The notes beneath the pieces are model-generated. The model was not told the origin of the DNA and did not search any database. It saw only the letters and a list, made by a program, of their open reading frames with translations. A DNA stretch of 64,000 bases, from IMG/VR virus record IMGVR_UViG_3300020577_006835, positions 132,588 through 196,587 of that record; one strand, given 5' to 3'. Below, piece after piece: positions 53,079 through 62,719 of the stretch. The DNA comes from a virus. Lineage: Duplodnaviria; Heunggongvirae; Uroviricota; Caudoviricetes. Every line of letters starts with the position of its first letter. The stretch's first letter is position 1. A program made the translations under genes and the position numbers.

Positions 53079-55277
53079 ATGGAGATCCTGAAGGGGAAGA
53101 ACGTACCGATCAAGCTGTGGGCCAACGTACACGAGGTCGAGTCGCAGGCCCTGACGCAGCTGAAGAACATCGCCGCCCTGCCGTGGTGCTTCAACCACAT
53201 CGCCGTGATGCCCGACGTGCATCTGGGCAAGGGTGCGACGGTGGGCTCCGTGATCGCGATGAAGGATGCGGTCTCGCCGTCGGCCGTCGGCGTCGACATC
53301 GGCTGCGTCGACGCGGAGACCGAGTTTCTGACCCCAATCGGCTGGAAGCGGATCAGTGAGTACGTCGAGGGCGACGAGGTACTGCAGTACGACCCGGAGA
53401 CCGAACAGGCCTCGTTCGTCCGACCGCAGCGTTACATCGCGGAGCCGTACGACGGCATCTTCTACCACCTGAAGACGAAGTACGGCATCGACCAGATGCT
53501 GACGCCTGAGCACCGTGTGCTCTACTACAAGCCGGGTCGAGATCGGTCCTTCAGGCAGTTCGACGTCCTGACTGCTGAGGAGGTCGTCAAGCAGCACAGG
53601 AAGAACGTGCTAGGCTTCAAGGGTGGCTTCAAGGGGTGGTTCACGAAGCTGCAGGCGCATGGCACCGCCTTGAAGCTGACCAACCCGGAGATCCGGGTGA
53701 TGGTCATGGTCATGGCAGACGGCTCCTTCGATGCCCGTCGTGGGGATCGGACTTGCACGCTCCACTTGAAGAAGGAGAGGAAGATCGAGCGCGCGGAGTA
53801 CCTACTCCAGCACGCCGGCATCGACTACAAGAAGTCGCGCCGCGAGGACTCCACGGTCAACATCACGTTCGACGCGCCGTGGCGCGAGAAGTCGATGTAC
53901 GCCTTCTGGCCTGCGTGTCCGCTGCAGCTTCGTGTCATCGCCGAGGAGGTCTTCAACTGGGACGGCAACTACGCCGAGAAGTGCTTCTACACGCGCGACA
54001 AGGCGTCCGCAGATTTCATGCACTACGCGTTCGCTGCTCTGGGCAAGCGCTCTGTCATGCGGCAAGATGCCCACTCTCGTGACGGTGAGCTGGACTATCG
54101 TGTTTACTCCCACGGTGAGGGGCTAGGTCTACCGGCACTGGCAGGTACACCGAAGTGCGAGATCGAAGAGGTCATCGCAGCGGACGGTAAGAAGTACTGC
54201 TTCACCGTGCCGACCGGGTTCTGGTTGATGCGTCGCGGCGGCAACATCGTGATCACCGGCAACTGCGGCATGCTAGCGGCCAAGACCTCGCTGACGGCGT
54301 CGCGCCTGCCGGACAACCTGGGCGAGATCAGGTCCCGCATCGAGCAGGAGATCCCGTCAGGCTTCCACGCTCGCGCCAAGGCTCACCCGGAGCTGAAGCG
54401 TTCGCACACCCAGCTGTTCGACCGCTTCAACGGTCTGCACGAGAAGGTGAAGGACCTGGAGGGTCGTGCTCTGCTGCAGTGCGGCACGCTGGGCGGCGGC
54501 AACCACTTCATCGAGATCTGCCTCGACACCGAGGACAACGTCTGGGTGATGCTGCACTCAGGGTCCAGGAACATCGGCAAGACGCTGGCCGAGATCCACA
54601 TCAGCATCGCCAAGAGGCTGACGCACAACAACGAGCTGCCCGACCGCGAGCTGTCGGTGTTCCTCGCCGGCACGCCCGAGATGCAGGCCTACAGGAACGA
54701 CTTGATGTGGGCTCAGGAGTACGCCTGGGTCAACAGGCAGATCATGTTTGCCGCCCTGGTCGACGTGCTGCGTGAGTTCTGGCCCGGCATGAAGCACGAG
54801 GACCCGGTGGCCTGCCACCACAACTACGTGGCCGAGGAGATCCACTTCGGCGAGAAGGTCTTCGTCACCAGGAAGGGTGCGATCAACGCCGAGGCCGGCC
54901 GCATGGGCATCATCCCGGGCTCGATGGGCACGTGCTCGTACATCGTCCGCGGCAAGGGCAACCCGGAGGCCTTCAACTCGGCCTCGCACGGGGCTGGGCG
55001 CAGGATGTCGCGCAGCGAGGCCAAGCGCAGGTTCACGTTGGAGGATCTGGTCGAGCAGACCAACGGTGTGGAGTGCGCCAAGGCTCAGGGCTTGATCGAC
55101 GAGATCCCGAAGGCCTACAAGGATATAGACCGAGTAATGGAGCAGCAGAAGGACCTGGTCGAGGTCGTGGCCCAGCTGAAGCAAGTTCTCTGCGTTAAGG
55201 GTGTGGACGACCCGCCGAAGTGGAAGAAGAGTCGGCGGGACCACACCCGTGGCCAGGAGGCTCAGACCAACAACTGA
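53079..55277 (+). CDS. rtcB: RtcB RNA ligase, intein-containing
   Basis: MPDVHLGKG, GVDIG|C, GTLGGGNHF, HSGSR, CHHNY, RKGA, PGSMG, HGAGR, DEIP.AYK. Confidence 0.95.
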   Translation: MEILKGKNVPIKLWANVHEVESQALTQLKNIAALPWCFNHIAVMPDVHLGKGATVGSVIAMKDAVSPSAVGVDIGCVDAETEFLTPIGWKRISEYVEGDEVLQYDPETEQASFVRPQRYIAEPYDGIFYHLKTKYGIDQMLTPEHRVLYYKPGRDRSFRQFDVLTAEEVVKQHRKNVLGFKGGFKGWFTKLQAHGTALKLTNPEIRVMVMVMADGSFDARRGDRTCTLHLKKERKIERAEYLLQHAGIDYKKSRREDSTVNITFDAPWREKSMYAFWPACPLQLRVIAEEVFNWDGNYAEKCFYTRDKASADFMHYAFAALGKRSVMRQDAHSRDGELDYRVYSHGEGLGLPALAGTPKCEIEEVIAADGKKYCFTVPTGFWLMRRGGNIVITGNCGMLAAKTSLTASRLPDNLGEIRSRIEQEIPSGFHARAKAHPELKRSHTQLFDRFNGLHEKVKDLEGRALLQCGTLGGGNHFIEICLDTEDNVWVMLHSGSRNIGKTLAEIHISIAKRLTHNNELPDRELSVFLAGTPEMQAYRNDLMWAQEYAWVNRQIMFAALVDVLREFWPGMKHEDPVACHHNYVAEEIHFGEKVFVTRKGAINAEAGRMGIIPGSMGTCSYIVRGKGNPEAFNSASHGAGRRMSRSEAKRRFTLEDLVEQTNGVECAKAQGLIDEIPKAYKDIDRVMEQQKDLVEVVAQLKQVLCVKGVDDPPKWKKSRRDHTRGQEAQTNN
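53304..54263 (+). mobile_element. intein (320 aa) with LAGLIDADG-type endonuclease
   Basis: Starts CVDAETEFLT, block B LTPEH, VMADGS and WDG motifs, ends ITGN followed by +1 Cys. Confidence 0.92.
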
Positions 55278-55292
55278 GGTGTGGAGGGGCGG

Positions 55293-55472
55293 ATGGGTGC
55301 GGAGACTCGTTGGAGTTTTTACGAGTGCGAAGCAGACGGCTGCTCACGCAGAATCAAATGGGAGCTGGTGTACTGCGCCGTGTGCGCCGCCAAGCTCGGC
55401 AAGAACCACTCGCGCAACGAGAAGAGGTCGGCGTTCTACGGGGTAAGGAAGCTCGGACAGCGCGGCTGGTAG
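55293..55472 (+). CDS. small zinc-finger protein
   Basis: CEADGC..YCAVC. Confidence 0.55.
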   Translation: MGAETRWSFYECEADGCSRRIKWELVYCAVCAAKLGKNHSRNEKRSAFYGVRKLGQRGW

Positions 55473-55485
55473 GGAGGGACGGAGC

Positions 55486-55824
55486 GTGACCAAGGAAGGT
55501 CTGCAGCTGCTCGCCCAGGAGTGCATGGGTCCGGCAGCCAAGGTCGAGATCGTCGACGAGGGTTACGGCTGGGTGCGAGCGGCCGCCTCGATCGGCGGCT
55601 GCTTTGGCGCCGTGACGGCCAAGATCGAGATCTCGATGAGAGAATCGTACGGCGACGTGCGCGAGATCCTGGCCGGCGCGATGAGGGCCTACAAGGTCGA
55701 GGCCGACAAGCAGTACGAGCGCAACGCAGTGCAACGCGCGGCCGTGCTGGAGTCGTCCCGCAAGGCCAGGGAACGCAGGAGGAAGGCAGAGGATGCAGTA
55801 CGACGAGCCACAGCTGAAACCTGA
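55486..55824 (+). CDS. hypothetical protein
   Basis: GGAGGG RBS. Confidence 0.65.
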   Translation: MTKEGLQLLAQECMGPAAKVEIVDEGYGWVRAAASIGGCFGAVTAKIEISMRESYGDVREILAGAMRAYKVEADKQYERNAVQRAAVLESSRKARERRRKAEDAVRRATAET

Positions 55825-56029
55825 CAAGCCCGGCTACTACTGGGCGCGCAACAGGTTCGGCAGCTCCTACGAGATGGTACGCGTCGACGACACGCTGCAA
55901 CGCCTGTGGGCTGAGTCCCTGCCTTACCGGCAGAAGCGGTTGGACAACGGCCCGTACACGCAGCTGATCCACTGCCCCGTGAGCGAGTACTACGACTTCA
56001 TCCCTCTGCCGGTACCGGTGTCGAAGTGA
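55793..56029 (+). CDS. hypothetical protein
   Basis: PDKPGYYW motif. Confidence 0.6.
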   Translation: MQYDEPQLKPDKPGYYWARNRFGSSYEMVRVDDTLQRLWAESLPYRQKRLDNGPYTQLIHCPVSEYYDFIPLPVPVSK

Positions 56030-56208
56030 GCTTCAACGGGGTCTGGTTCACCTGCGACGAGTGCAAGATGAACCGTCGCTGCGGGCCGCACGGTGCCAAG
56101 CCGAGAGGCTGGAAGACGTACGAGCACGAACCGGGCAGGTGGTGGCACATCTGCACCCGCTGCAAGGAGGTCGTGAAGTGGAGAGACGCGGTGTGGGTCG
56201 ATGAGTAG
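56026..56208 (+). CDS. small zinc-finger protein
   Basis: CDEC..HICTRC. Confidence 0.6.
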   Translation: MSFNGVWFTCDECKMNRRCGPHGAKPRGWKTYEHEPGRWWHICTRCKEVVKWRDAVWVDE

Positions 56209-56698
56209 CTGTCAGGACGAACTGTTTAAGCGGGATGAACCGCCCGACTACGAGGTCAAGTGCGTCTACTGCGACCTCACAGCGATGCGCAGCACCATGC
56301 GCGGGGTCCGCTACAATAAGTACAGCTGCCGCGACATCGAAGCCTGCAAGGGTCGCCTGGTGCCGAAGATGGTGGCCGAGGCCGGCCCTGGCGCGAAGTT
56401 TGGAGCCGTCGTCATGACCGACTCCAGGTCGGACTACGACCTGGTGAAGCCCAAGATCAAGATCGACATCAGTGACCCGGAGACGAAGAAGATCTGGGAC
56501 GCCGCCGTTGCCGCCAAGGAAGAGGTCGACAGCTGGCCTGAGTGGAAGAAGGGGCACCTCGTGCCAGAAGAGCGCGAGTCCGACTTCAAGGTCGACCGCT
56601 GCGACGCCTGCGGTGCGGGCAACATGCAGGAGATGAGCGGCTGCAAGCGGCTCTGCAGGAAGTGCGGGTACATGCGTACGTGCAACGACACCGTATGA
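56201..56698 (+). CDS. zinc-finger protein
   Basis: CVYC; C-terminal CDACG..SGC..CRKCG. Confidence 0.6.
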   Translation: MSSCQDELFKRDEPPDYEVKCVYCDLTAMRSTMRGVRYNKYSCRDIEACKGRLVPKMVAEAGPGAKFGAVVMTDSRSDYDLVKPKIKIDISDPETKKIWDAAVAAKEEVDSWPEWKKGHLVPEERESDFKVDRCDACGAGNMQEMSGCKRLCRKCGYMRTCNDTV

Positions 56699-56913
56699 GC
56701 AACTGGAAGAAGATCGAGCTGAATTGCTGCGAGGCTGTGAAGACGGGTGAGCGTCGAGATAGACTAGGGCTCGTGCCGCGCAGGTACATGAACACTAACC
56801 GGTGGCAGATCGGCTTCTGGAGCAACACCACCGGCGATGCGGAGTACGAGACCGTCAAGTACTGCCCCTACTGCGGCACCGAGCTGCCCATCCAAGAGGA
56901 CTTTGAGAGATGA
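56695..56913 (+). CDS. hypothetical zinc-ribbon protein
   Basis: NCC..VKYCPYCG. Confidence 0.6.
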   Translation: MSNWKKIELNCCEAVKTGERRDRLGLVPRRYMNTNRWQIGFWSNTTGDAEYETVKYCPYCGTELPIQEDFER

Positions 56914-56967
56914 ACACTCACAACAAGGCTTGAGCCGTTGTGAGACACTGTGCGGCGGAGGTGGTTG

Positions 56968-58140
56968 ATGAGGATCTTCGCCGCAATCGTACTGCTGGTC
57001 ATGGCCAGCTCAGCACAAGCTCTCGACGTCACGCAGCCGCCCTACAACGTGGTCTGCGACGGCGTCACCGACAACACGAGCGGCCTACAAGCCGCGCTCG
57101 ACTCGTTCTGCCCTTCAGGCAAGGGTGAGATCGAGCTTCCCAAGACAGGTGCGTGCAAGATCAGCGGTACGATCAAGGCACGCTGCACGTTCGGGCTCAC
57201 GATCATCGGCAACGAGAACGCGCCCGACGCCAGCAAGCCGGTGATCCGTTACACGGGCTCCGGTCCGCGCGCCATCGACCTACGTGGCGTGATCAACTTC
57301 AGGTCGGTCGGCGTGGCCTACGAGGCCACCAACTCCTATGCGGGGAGCCTGGTTGACCTGACGGCCACCTACACGTGCGCGAACAGCAGCCTGCGAGCGT
57401 GCGACACGGACACCGACTGCCCAGGCAGCACGTGCACGACGAACCCGCAGTGGGCGAGCAACGTGTACTTCGACCTGAGCAGGTTCCAGGCCCCGTGCTC
57501 GGACACGACCGACACGAGGCTGCTCTGGATCAGGCACATCGTCAATCTCAACCTGGACCGCAACGTGCTCCGCGGCGGCATGTACCACCTCTACGGCGTG
57601 GACAACGACAACGAGTGGACCAGCGTGGTCAACCTGTCGAGGAACTACTTCTACACGGCCGGCAGGGCGTCGGTCTTCAACATGCGCTGGGCCACCAACT
57701 CGACGGGCAACTTCTGGGAGCCGCAGGGTTGCGACTGGAACAAGGCACGAGCCTTCGACCACTCTGCCGGTGTCACGGTGGAAGGCTTCTACTCGCACGG
57801 CGACTCGTTCTGGGACCTGGCGCCGGCCAACGGGTTCACCGAAACCGCGGCCTGGATCGCCCTGTCCGGGCGTGACATCAAGATCTCGTCCCGCTTCGAG
57901 AGCGCGTACCCGTCGCAGATGGCGCAGGCGGTCAAGATCGACAGCGCCCAGACCTCGAACGGGGTCAACATCACCGGCAGCTACTGCAAGAACCTGCTCA
58001 CGTGCTGGAACCTCAACTCGAAGGCACACAAGAACGTGAACATCTCTGGCAATGGCTACAACAACGTGGGAAGTACGATCGCCAACAACTCGATCACCGG
58101 CTGCGCCGTGAACACGGCCAACACGCTGATCTGCGACTGA
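56968..58140 (+). CDS. secreted right-handed beta-helix protein (Pectate_lyase_3-like)
   Basis: Signal peptide; YNVVCDGVTDNTSGLQAALD; Asn-rich repeats; Cys-rich insert. Confidence 0.75.
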   Translation: MRIFAAIVLLVMASSAQALDVTQPPYNVVCDGVTDNTSGLQAALDSFCPSGKGEIELPKTGACKISGTIKARCTFGLTIIGNENAPDASKPVIRYTGSGPRAIDLRGVINFRSVGVAYEATNSYAGSLVDLTATYTCANSSLRACDTDTDCPGSTCTTNPQWASNVYFDLSRFQAPCSDTTDTRLLWIRHIVNLNLDRNVLRGGMYHLYGVDNDNEWTSVVNLSRNYFYTAGRASVFNMRWATNSTGNFWEPQGCDWNKARAFDHSAGVTVEGFYSHGDSFWDLAPANGFTETAAWIALSGRDIKISSRFESAYPSQMAQAVKIDSAQTSNGVNITGSYCKNLLTCWNLNSKAHKNVNISGNGYNNVGSTIANNSITGCAVNTANTLICD

Positions 58141-58197
58141 CGATCGTAGAGATCCTGGCGGTCGACAAACCCACACGACTTGTGTAAAACGTCAGGT

Positions 58198-58270
58198 ACC
58201 CGGTTAGCTCAGCGGCCAGAGCAGCTGCCTTACAAGCAGTTGGTCGAGGGTTCGAGTCCCTCACTGGGTA
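58198..58270 (+). tRNA. trnV: tRNA-Val(TAC)
   Basis: ACCCGGT..ACTGGGT, GCTGC-CTTACAA-GCAGT, GTTCGAGT; no CCA. Confidence 0.9.
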
Positions 58271-58342
58271 CTTTGAGCAGGCCAAGAACATCAAGCCGAG
58301 AGCGGCCTTTGTAGGACGGCCTGCGATTTCATCAGGAGCGAC

Positions 58343-58606
58343 GTGAAGTACCCTGAGACTCCGCCCACCGGCGACAACTGGAAGTTCAGGCTGTGGCTTC
58401 AGCTGCTGGTTGTCGCCGGCATCATCTTCATGGGCTGGACCAGTGTGCGTCGGGAGAGGCACCTGGTTGAGGTCTGCAAGCAGGCCATGCAGGAAGACCA
58501 GCGGCACTGCATCGAAACCTTGCATGAGCTGGGCGACACCTGCATCGAGCACATGAAGCGGTGCGGGTGTACCAACCAGAGACACACCGTGAGGTTCTTG
58601 CCGTGA
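58343..58606 (+). CDS. membrane-anchored hypothetical protein
   Basis: AGGAG RBS; TM segment. Confidence 0.6.
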   Translation: MKYPETPPTGDNWKFRLWLQLLVVAGIIFMGWTSVRRERHLVEVCKQAMQEDQRHCIETLHELGDTCIEHMKRCGCTNQRHTVRFLP

Positions 58607-58923
58607 AGGTCAGCATTACCCCGAGGACCAGACGCGTTGTGGTGCTCATGCGTCGTCTGGTTGCCCAGACCAACTTCGATCAGCTGCGCGAGATCAGGTC
58701 GACGGCGCGCACTGGCCCGGGGAGGCAGTGGTGGTCGGTACTCTTGGAGGTCGAGCGCGAGACCGGGAAACGTGACGAGAACGGCTGGCCGCTGTTCGAG
58801 GGCGATGCACGCTTCCTGGCAAGCGGAGAACCTGTCGACGAGTTCTACAGGGCAGGGGAGTTCACAATCGCCGACGGCTCGTACGAGATCGCCCGGTGCA
58901 CTGTGATCAAGGACCCAGCTTGA
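58603..58923 (+). CDS. hypothetical protein
   Basis: GTGA overlap. Confidence 0.6.
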   Translation: MKVSITPRTRRVVVLMRRLVAQTNFDQLREIRSTARTGPGRQWWSVLLEVERETGKRDENGWPLFEGDARFLASGEPVDEFYRAGEFTIADGSYEIARCTVIKDPA

Positions 58924-59057
58924 ACCTGGAAGAACTCAAGGCTGAGGTGCGGCGCAGACTGGCCGAGAGGCGCCCTCTCCAGCCGCCCGACCCGCCACCC
59001 AGGTACGATGATGTGTTCTGGGAAGGCCTGGCCCAGCTGAACACCACCTCAGGTTAA
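58920..59057 (+). CDS. small hypothetical protein
   Basis: TTGA overlap. Confidence 0.4.
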   Translation: MNLEELKAEVRRRLAERRPLQPPDPPPRYDDVFWEGLAQLNTTSG

Positions 59058-59108
59058 GTCCTCGCAAGCGATCCAGAAGCTGTGCTACTCCAATAACTGG
59101 GGTGGCAA

Positions 59109-60521
59109 ATGCGTGAGTTCCTGTGGCGATGCTTGTACGTCGCCTGCTTCTTCGCCGGCTTCTACGCGATCCAGCTCTGGCTCGCTGCGAACGCTGGGGC
59201 GACGTCGATCGTCCTGCCCACCGAGGAGCAGCTGGTCAGCTCCTCAGATGTCATCGCGCTCGCACGCGTGGACGACATCAGCTCTCGTCGAGATGAGGGT
59301 GCCGACGGCATCAGGATCGTCTCCGAGATCAAGCTCAAGGTCCTGAAGGGCTTCACCGGTGCCCGCAAGGGTGACGAGCTGCTCGTCTACCAGCTGGGCG
59401 GCCGCGTCGACCAGAACGTGCTCTGGCTCGAAGGTTCGCCCGAGTACACCAAGGGTGCCCAGGTCCTGGTCTTCCTCAAGCTCGATCAGGACCGGGTGCT
59501 GCGCACCAACACCATGGCCGTCGGCCTGGTGCCCGTGTCCAACGGCAAGCTGGGCGCGAGCCTCGTGCACGGACTCGGAGACGAGCCGGTCGACACCTTC
59601 CAGCAGCGCCTGCTGAGCCGCTTCAAGCTGCGCGCGTCGGCCGGCACGGTGGAGTTCACCAGGCCGGCCCTGTTCGCCTCCAGGAGCCTGCGAGCCGACA
59701 TCAACGGCTTCCGCTTCATGGACCCCGCCTCGCGCTGGCGGATCTCTCCTGTGCCCGTCTACGGCTCGACCGTGGGCGACGTCCTGCTCGGCCTGACCGC
59801 GTCGCAGCTGTCGATCAAGGAGTCGCTGCTGGCCTGGAGCAGCCCCACGCTGCAGCTGAACTACGTGGCCGACCAGGCGCCTCAGGGCATGGTCTGCATC
59901 CCGGGCCGGATCTCGGTCACCTTCAACGACCCGAAGAACGAGATCGGCGAGCCGAACAACTGCAGCGGTGTCCTGGCCGTGGGCGGCTTCTGCGGCTCCG
60001 GCTTCTCGCAGAGCGACGGCCTGCAGACGATCAACGGCGGTGCGCTGACCTTCTCCAACGGGTGGGAGGGCTGCGGCTTCTGGAGCCAGACCGACTACCG
60101 CAACTTCAAGGAGGTCATGGTGCACGAGCTGGGCCACACTCTGGGCCTGGCGCACTCGTGCGAGAACGGCATGACCTGCCCGGTGGACCGGCAGGACGCC
60201 ACCATGTTCTGGATGGCGCACTTCGACGGCCGCGGGGCCAGCATCAAGCAGTACGACCGTGACGCCTTCGCCACGCTGTACGGCTCTGCAGCGCCGAGCC
60301 CGGTGCCGACGGTGCAGCCGACTGCGACACCTGTCGTGACCAGGAGCCCGAGACCGACGCCGAGACCTACACCTACGTGGCGCCCGACCAACACTCCGCG
60401 CCCGACCAGGACGCCGAGGCCGACACCGACTGCGAGCGCGTCGCCGACTCCGAGTCCGACACCGAGCCCGAGTCCGGTGACGACCGTCAAGCCCAAGCCA
60501 CCCTTCAGCGGGTGCAACTGA
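59109..60521 (+). CDS. secreted matrixin/M10-like zinc metalloprotease with PT-rich tail
   Basis: Signal/TM N-terminus; HELGHTLGLAH; Met-turn ATMF; Pro/Thr repeat. Confidence 0.85.
   Translation: MREFLWRCLYVACFFAGFYAIQLWLAANAGATSIVLPTEEQLVSSSDVIALARVDDISSRRDEGADGIRIVSEIKLKVLKGFTGARKGDELLVYQLGGRVDQNVLWLEGSPEYTKGAQVLVFLKLDQDRVLRTNTMAVGLVPVSNGKLGASLVHGLGDEPVDTFQQRLLSRFKLRASAGTVEFTRPALFASRSLRADINGFRFMDPASRWRISPVPVYGSTVGDVLLGLTASQLSIKESLLAWSSPTLQLNYVADQAPQGMVCIPGRISVTFNDPKNEIGEPNNCSGVLAVGGFCGSGFSQSDGLQTINGGALTFSNGWEGCGFWSQTDYRNFKEVMVHELGHTLGLAHSCENGMTCPVDRQDATMFWMAHFDGRGASIKQYDRDAFATLYGSAAPSPVPTVQPTATPVVTRSPRPTPRPTPTWRPTNTPRPTRTPRPTPTASASPTPSPTPSPSPVTTVKPKPPFSGCN
60295..60490 (+). repeat. Pro-Thr/Ser low-complexity coding repeat
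   Basis: PTPRPTPT..PSPTPSP. Confidence 0.8.
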
Positions 60522-60961
60522 TGGCCAGGAACGAGACCACCATCGTCATCGCCGACCCGATCGGCGACTACCAGGATCAGACTCCTGAGAAGCTGCTGCG
60601 CCCGAACAAGCCCGGCATCCTGCAGCTCGAAGTCCGCGGCGACCAGGACTACGCGCACTACATGTTCAACGAGTTCGACCCTGAGAACGGCGCGACCAAG
60701 GAGTTCGAGAACTACGAGGCGTTCCGCAACTCGGTGATCAGGATCGTGCGCCAAGAGCTTCTGGCACAAGGGGAACGGCTCACCGTCGAGGACATGACCT
60801 TCGAGGTCAACAACCTGGTCGACCGCGCCCTGTCGATCGCGCACAACTTCAAGCTGTGCAACGTCGATCTCAAAAACAGGTCTGCCGTGTCCCTGATCGA
60901 CGAGCTTCGCAGGGCCAGAGCCTTCCTTGAGGGCAGGGAAAAGAAGTTCGTCAGCACTTGA
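60521..60961 (+). CDS. hypothetical protein
   Basis: TGATG coupling. Confidence 0.7.
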   Translation: MARNETTIVIADPIGDYQDQTPEKLLRPNKPGILQLEVRGDQDYAHYMFNEFDPENGATKEFENYEAFRNSVIRIVRQELLAQGERLTVEDMTFEVNNLVDRALSIAHNFKLCNVDLKNRSAVSLIDELRRARAFLEGREKKFVST

Positions 60962-61049
60962 AAAAAGTCTTACACGCGTTCTACGCGGTCCTGTAGACTT
61001 TGAATACAAACCGCTGAGCTGGGGCTCAGGGTAATGGGTGGGGTTGAGG

Positions 61050-61442
61050 ATGTCAGATTTCGAGCGGATGATCGAAGAAGTCGCAGCGGGTGGACACCCG
61101 TTGCTGGTCGTCGAGGCGATGATCACCGGCGACCGCGTCGACGACATCACCTCAGACGCAGCGAAGGCAGCCGCCTTCCAGCAGATCGCTGGCCAGATCC
61201 AGGACTACAAGGGCTACGTCGGCCCGGACTGGATCACTGCCATTGCGGACCAGATCCGCGGCGGCAACCCGACTGCGGTCGGTGAGCTGACGGTCATGGC
61301 TCAGCAGAACCGAGAGCAGTTCGCTGGGCAGGCGCGTATCGAAGGTGAGAACGCCGACTGGAACCTGTGGGACAACGTGTACCGTGGGCTCCTCGCTCTC
61401 GCGACGGATCAGCTGCCGCCGCCCCCACCGCCTCTGAGCTGA
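61050..61442 (+). CDS. hypothetical protein
   Basis: MSDFERMIEEVAAGG; GAGG RBS. Confidence 0.65.
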   Translation: MSDFERMIEEVAAGGHPLLVVEAMITGDRVDDITSDAAKAAAFQQIAGQIQDYKGYVGPDWITAIADQIRGGNPTAVGELTVMAQQNREQFAGQARIEGENADWNLWDNVYRGLLALATDQLPPPPPPLS

Positions 61443-61507
61443 AGGAATTTCTACTTACAAGGGCTTCACAGTCACTTGTAGGTTGAAGGTGTTGTGTTGG
61501 GGATGAG

Positions 61508-61738
61508 GTGGTTCAACTACCGGACTGGGTCGAGTGCACGCATCGCGATCTCCTCGCGGAGGACATCGTGGAAGTGAAAGCTGCGCTCTCCAACGCCCTC
61601 ACGTTTCTCGACAGGGCAGCTACCATCATCTCTTCGTCAAACAAGACAAGCTTGAGGGCCTTCGAGAAGAAGGCTCTTACCGTACGTGACCTGGCAGCCG
61701 GACTACGGCGTGACCTGGACCACGTCTTTGAAGCGTAA
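61508..61738 (+). CDS. hypothetical helical protein
   Basis: GAGG RBS. Confidence 0.55.
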   Translation: MVQLPDWVECTHRDLLAEDIVEVKAALSNALTFLDRAATIISSSNKTSLRAFEKKALTVRDLAAGLRRDLDHVFEA

Positions 61739-61750
61739 GGAGTCAACGTC

Positions 61751-62701
61751 ATGCAGATGACTGGACGTCATCAGGTCAGCGTTCCGAAGGCAGCGTCTGT
61801 CACGATCACCGTCGGAACGGCAAACAACGCGCTCACGATCTTCGCCACCGGCGACGGCGTGCTCGCGGGCGACATCACGGCCAACACCTCAACCGCGGAC
61901 ATCAGTCTGGGCGCCAACGTCAGCGAGCTGGCCGGCTTCGCCAACGGCCAGACCGTGATCGTCGGTTACGGTACGGACAACGAGGAGCAGCTCACCGTCA
62001 GTGGTCACTCGGCTGTGACCGGTGCGGGCGCGCTCAGCGTGAAGGGTCCGATCCTCAAGGCGCACAAGAAGAACGAGCGCGTTGTGGTCAAGCCGACCTA
62101 CGCGATTGTTCCGGGCACCATCGTGGTCAGTGACAACGGTGTGGCCGACGGCGTCGTGGACAGTCCGACCGCGCCGGGCACGCTCACTGGCGGCAACATC
62201 AACACGTCGCTCTCGTTCGTCGACTACTCGACGGGCTCGATCCGACTGAAGTACAACACTGCACCGGCCACCGCCGGCCCCATGACGATCAAGTTCGACA
62301 CGATCAGCGAGGTCGCCGACGTGAACGATCTGACGGGCAACGCTTTCCAGAAGAACTGGCAGGCGCACAACCTGAACCGTCAGTCGGTGCCTGATCTCCT
62401 GCAGTGCTCGAACCTGGGCACCAAGAAGATCGGCTGCTTCGTCGAGGTCTCGAAGAACGGCGGCAAGTCCTTCACGATGAAGGGCCTGACCAACGTCTCT
62501 GCGCAGCTCGGCCAGTACGGCCGCGCACGCCTTGTCGTGCCGACCGGACAGGCCAGCATCCTGGACGTGGTCCGCTTCCGCGGCGGTATCCTGTCGGCCG
62601 AGGGCCTGGGTCTGGACGAGACCGACCCGCAGGAGCGGCAGCAGCGCACTGGCTGCGTCGAGATCGACACCAGCGCGTTCATCAACGACAACGGTCAGTG
62701 A
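61751..62701 (+). CDS. beta-rich protein, possibly a virion structural component
   Basis: AAGGAG RBS; Gly/Thr/Val-rich; VDYSTGSI.L.YNTAP motif seen in tail/baseplate proteins. Confidence 0.5.
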   Translation: MQMTGRHQVSVPKAASVTITVGTANNALTIFATGDGVLAGDITANTSTADISLGANVSELAGFANGQTVIVGYGTDNEEQLTVSGHSAVTGAGALSVKGPILKAHKKNERVVVKPTYAIVPGTIVVSDNGVADGVVDSPTAPGTLTGGNINTSLSFVDYSTGSIRLKYNTAPATAGPMTIKFDTISEVADVNDLTGNAFQKNWQAHNLNRQSVPDLLQCSNLGTKKIGCFVEVSKNGGKSFTMKGLTNVSAQLGQYGRARLVVPTGQASILDVVRFRGGILSAEGLGLDETDPQERQQRTGCVEIDTSAFINDNGQ

Positions 62702-62719
62702 TCTGACTGAGGTCTTGAT

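Noticed and set aside
60295-60490. Tandem repeat as a regulatory or mobile element
   Set aside because: It is explained as a Pro/Thr coding linker of the metalloprotease.
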